64,000 bases of DNA from a virus. Of the stretch, positions 23,701 to 29,700 are shown piece after piece (the stretch's first letter is position 1; every line of letters begins with the position of its first letter). The notes beneath the pieces are model-generated. The model ran no database searches and was not told where the DNA came from. It saw only the letters and a list, made by a program, of their open reading frames with translations. A program made the translations under genes and the position numbers. The stretch lies in IMG/VR virus record IMGVR_UViG_3300013794_000014, positions 77,060-141,059 of that record; one strand, written 5' to 3'.

Positions 23701-26700
23701 GATATTACCAAATTTCATAGTTGGTAATTTCGTTGTAGCCGTAGTATGTTTACCAATATATGTCTTAGGTGAAGTTCCTACAAATGCAACTCTATATACT
23801 TGATCCATTACATTGTCCCAAATTTCTGCAATTAACATTTTTCCTCTACGATCCATGAATCGTATATCTCGATAGTTAACACGTTCTATTTGGCCAGTTT
23901 CTAAGTCTTTGACATATAACCTTATTGCTCCACTGAATTCACGATACAGATCTCTAAGATTCTCAAATTTCGTATAAAACAAAACTTGCATCCCTGTTTG
24001 TTCTTTGACAAATTCACTTACACCACGCATATACTCCATAAGTAAACGCTTATTGCCTTTCGGTAGTTGGACGTTCAATTCTAATTCTTTTAGAATATCT
24101 GTACTAAAGTATCCAAATTGTTTGGCTATAAAGTTTGTAAAGTCTATGACTCCTTGAATTTGTGTTAACCAACGATCTAGTTGATGTTTAAATACAGATT
24201 TTTCAATTAATTGTGGGACAGTTGTAAACTTAACGTTCAAGATATCAGAAAACTGTCTAGCAATCAATCGTGTCAATTTACGTGGTGTTACTGCTTGCTC
24301 CAGTTCTACATATGGCACTTGCATTTCCTTTAGCGTCTTTACAATCGTATATGCCTCATAAGCAGATTCTGATTCACGTAATCGCTTAAAGAGTTCTTTT
24401 GCTACCATATCACGTGATTTTACGAGGCCACTGTAAAATGGCCTCAACGTTGGCGGTATAACTGACTTGTCACCAGCAATCCATGCTTTATAGTATATTC
24501 GTTCAAGATCCGATGTCAAAAACATCATTGTTCTTAGAGCAAGTTCCATAGGCGTTGCTAACTTACTAAATCCTGCCCAACGACTTCGTAACGGTACCAC
24601 TCTTTCTGTTATTAGTAAATCTGATAACCACGGATATTGTCTCGTCAAAAATGCAACTACATCAAACCGCTCTCTACTTGTTACGTTACGTGCAGTTAGT
24701 ATCGACTGTACATACTCAATGTCTTTTACAATGTACTCTTTTAGTTGCTGTGTAGTCTTTCCAGCTGATTGACCTAACTCTTCTAATGCTTTTACTACTT
24801 GTTCTAATGCGTGTTTAACTTTTTGTGCGTCTAATAATGGTTCTTTTGGTGAAGTGTATAGTGCCTTGTAAAGATCCATTACTTGAGTTAAAAACATACG
24901 AGACATTTGTCTATGTACATCTTCTGTTATTGGACCTTGATATACTGCTTCTAACTGTTTAACTGATCTTTTAAGTAAATTATTAACTATGTTTTTAAAC
25001 CTTTCATTGACATCTTGAATACCCTGAGACATACCCATCAACTCGGCTAATTCTGTTTGTAAAATTCGTCTAAAGTCTTCAAATAACTTATACTTCCTGA
25101 TTTTCTGAATATCTTCATGACTCAATGATATATCTCCTAAATATTGATCTGTTACATAATCCAAAATAGAACGATATCCAAATAATGGTTCAAGTTGTAG
25201 ATAAATAGCTACGGCAATCGTGGATGGTATATGTAATCGCTGTTTAACAGGATATGCATATTCACTTAACATCTGAGTTGGATCATTACTTGTCGTGATC
25301 GATACACGCATTTTTACATTGCCATTTTTATCAGATTCTATGAACATAAATAAGTCAAAACTACGTGCCCAAACTTTTGCAACGTTAAATATACTGTCAT
25401 CTTTGTACCCCAACATTTGGAATACAGGCCTAAGTGCTTCATATAACAATACAGTCAATAACATCTTATGTGCCTTATAGATTACTACATCTTCCCTTTC
25501 ACGGAATTTATACCATGTATTTTGTACAACGTGATCTCTAATTTGTATTGTACCTAAAGGTAAGTTGTCATCTCTTTTTGTAAATATGGCAAGCATTTTA
25601 TCTTTTAGTTTATCTTTTACAAGTTCTTCTATGATAGATGCCCAAAGTCTTGAACCGGTACTAAGAGGCGCTAATAGTACACCAAGATCTAGTTTCTGCC
25701 TCTCACCCTTCAACAACTGTAAAAATTGTTTTTTAAGTTCATCTACATTTACTAATTGTATTTTGTACTTTAATTCTCGATATTCAGGCAGTTGCTCTAT
25801 TATTTCCTTAAACTTGTCATCAACAACCAGAGTGATAGGCATTGTACCAACAGCTAAGTCCCAGCCTCTTTCCAATAGCATTTTTGCTAGTTCCGCCGGT
25901 ATAGATTCAGTAGGCATTCCTGCAAGGTGGAACATTTTCATTGTTGATTGTGTAAGTCTTTCTCCAAGCAATTTTTGTACTTCTGGTAACAGTCCACCCA
26001 CTAAACTGAAATGCTTGACATCTGCATACACATTATGATTAATTTCAGTAATTTCAATTGTGTTAGCCTTTATTTGAGCTTTTATGTTACCGGAAAATCT
26101 ACTTGTATCAAACAGCTTTTCTAAGTACTCACATTGATCTTCAGTTAATACAACAGAAACAGTATCATACTTTTCTTTAAGTGTTCCTGCTAATTGAATT
26201 TCCTTTCTTGACGCATAATAGATCTTATGTGGTTCTTTCCTGTCGACTACTAATGTAATTTCTTCTGTCGGTGAACCAGCTGTTAATGCGGCATATATGG
26301 CTGGGAACTTAACGTACACATCTACAACTCTGCTTGGAATATTTTGTCTATGTGTATCTTCCGTCCTCTTACCTAAAACGTAAACTATTGGTCCGGCTTG
26401 AATAACTGGCCTAGTTGGCACATTCCTACCAACAAACATTCGTATAGGTAATTGTAGTCGTGACTCACCAGAACCACGTTCAGTTACATAATGTCCTGGG
26501 AACGATGCCTTTTCCACTGTAAGTAACGTCTCTATTGTTGCTTCTAAGAGTTGTACTAGTTGTTCCCGTTCCTGTCTGTTCCGTGTACATAAACGTGCAA
26601 TATTTCGACAGAAGTTCTTGAATTTTGTTTTATCATGCAATTCAAAACCCATATCTTCCTTAAGACTTGGTCTAAATCCGATTTGATACAAGAACCCTAG

Positions 26701-29700
26701 TGTACCACTGTAATCTTCATCTTTATATGTCTTCGGTACTTCATAGGTACGTCCTTCATAACTGAATACTACTTTTGTTAACATGTCATGTATTTGGAAT
26801 CTGAAAGGTTCTAGTCCAACCATTTTCAAGGCGTCTTGTATTACTGCCGTCAAATTACTCATAAGGAAGAGTTCTGTCGTACCATGCTCAAGACGTGTAA
26901 TTGTGATCAGATTACTGTAAATTACGTCAATTGGAATTGTTTTGTTACGTTTTTTGAACTCGTCTATGAGTTTCTTCAAATCACTAGGTACATGTTCCTT
27001 GACCTTCTCATAAAATTCCTCTAGATTAATTTCCAAGAAAGTTGTACGTTCTTTTGCTAGAATTTGTAGACGCTTAATACTTTCTTCACGGATAGCTTGT
27101 TGATCAGCTTTTATACCATACATTGCTGCTAATATCTGTAAATATGCTGAATACAATGATGGCTGTATTTCTCCGCCCTGTCCTTTTTGTCCTGCAGGTA
27201 ATGTCCACTTTGGATTTGCAAATTCGTAGATACCTGTTACTAACATTTGGTATCTACCAGCAACTTTTGTAATTCCCGTGATTATTCCTCCTACTTTCTG
27301 TGGTAACTGTTCTGTAATCACTGAATTGGATTTAGGATCGTATTTGTAAATTACTGTGTTACTATTGACAATTACCGCACGTACTCCAGTTTTCTTTGCA
27401 ATATCTATCAACGACATTCTACCTTTGACATGTTCAACAGTATAGTTATTTCGTACAATATAGAAGTTTTGTAATTCGATTTGTGAAAGGTTTGTTCCAA
27501 GATCTAATGCCTTAGTACTTAGGATTGGTGCTTGTATTTCATATAAGTTTCCGAGTAGGTCTTTAAGTATTTCGTTTACGTTATTAAAACTGAATCGTTC
27601 TTGTACATTCTTTGCAGTTTGTGGATCAAGTTTCTCTAAGGCCTTACTAATAGCAGTTTTCAATTTAGTACGTTTACCTCCAATATTGATCAATACTGCG
27701 TCTTCAATGTTAAAGGCTGTCAAATCAACCATTGCAACGTTAAGTGGTATCTCTTCGCCTTTCCCACCAAATATTGTTAAGTTTGGCATTTTACCAATTG
27801 CTTGTGACCAATTAATAGATTGTCCCCAGTTTTCAAGTAAGTAATTCAAACTCCTTATTAATGCATTATATGCTTGTTTAACCGCAATTTCAACCCTCGG
27901 CATTGTAACATTTGGAACATATGATGTAAGTCCTTCTGCTAACGCCAATGGAATTAACGGCAAATACCCATCGTTAACTGTTACATTTCTTGCCAATTGT
28001 ACTAAAGCATTTTTCAACGTCCTTAGTGCCATATGACTTACGTAATCAAATGAAACTGTAATATGCCCTGCGTATCCACAGTCATTAAGAAGTTTATTGA
28101 GTTCATTTATCTTACTTTGAATAAAAGCTTGAACTTCTGAAAACGACTTTCCATCTGACAACATTTTAACGGCTTCTACATGTATAATTGCTAATCTACC
28201 TGCTACAAGGCGTTTCATGTTTTCAATACCTTCTATATACTTAGAAGAATATTTCGGTTTCTTTATTGGTTGTATATCGTTAACTCCTTTTATCGTTATT
28301 ACAGGAATTGCTAACACATATGGATGTAAAAGTATGTATTCTAATGTCCGATAGTACTCCTTTACATTCTGAACATTAATTTCTGAAAACAGATTTTTTA
28401 ATTCCTTATAATACTTCAATCTTTTTATTTGGTTGTTTAATTGATCAAAGTCCAATTTGCGAATCTTTTTCTGCATGTACTTTTTGATTTTACTGTAATG
28501 CGACATTAACAACTCTAATTCACGCTTCAACTGTATATTTGACTTTACATCATAGATGTCAATTACTGGCAATCCCACCTCCAATGTTAAACTAGTAGTT
28601 GCACGCTGATGTAACAGTACGGTTTTCAACGTCTTGATAGTAGTTCCTGGTTTAACTGACATTTCTTTAATCCATTTTTCAACTTTTTGTGTCAGGTGTT
28701 TAAGGGCTGTTTGACTTGCTCCAAACGTTTCAAGTTCCCCTGTTATATCTAACAGTGTAATCTTTTGTTCAGGACGGAAACTACTTATGCCTTCAATATT
28801 TTGTTTAATATAGAAGTTTGCTTTATCTACTACAATTTCAGCCAATGCATTAATATAGGCCTTACGCTGTTTTTCATCACTTAACGTTTCAATTAGTTTT
28901 TGAAGTTCCTTAGATAATTTTACTTGATCTCCTTCCAATTTTATACCTAAACGTTCTAATTTTGTTTGAATTTGATTCAAGTCTATCTGTTGGCGATCTT
29001 TCTGCAATTCGTTGTATATATTACGCAATTCATTAAGGTTATTTTGTAGACGTGTAAGAAACTCAGGCGAAATACCCATCTTTTTCAATGCATTCTCAAT
29101 TACTTTTAATTTCTCTATAGTTTGCATATCCTCAATAAACTTAGATGGATCGATACCTCTCTGTATCATTTCTACAGCAGCCAACATTACAAACGTATCG
29201 TAATATTGCGCAACTTGTCCTGGTAACGCTACTGCTACACCTCTTAGGAAGATACCTTCAATTTGTTGTAAAGTATTCAATAAGTCATCGTATAGATCAC
29301 CAGTCAATAACGAATGTCGTGTAATTCCAAACGCATATGCTAAATCTCTAATTTTTTCACTATCAGATGCTAATAACTGTGCTAAATTGACTTTTTTTCC
29401 TTTCAGTACTTCACTGACTATATTGTACATTACTTCTGTCATTAGTAACAATGACCCAGAAGAAGCACCAGCTGCTCTTCCAGTCTTTGCGTTAACAAAC
29501 ATAGTAAGAGCCATCATTACAAGATGTTTTGGTTTACCTCTAAGTTTAAGTGCAGCTTGGAATAAACTCCAATCATGTATAAGTAAGTCATCTAGGGACA
29601 TTGTTTTGTTACCAACTTTAACTTGAATCTTACGTGCTTCTTCAATACCAATCCAGTCTTCCAAGATACTGTAGAAGTTAGCACCTAACTCGGAGACAAG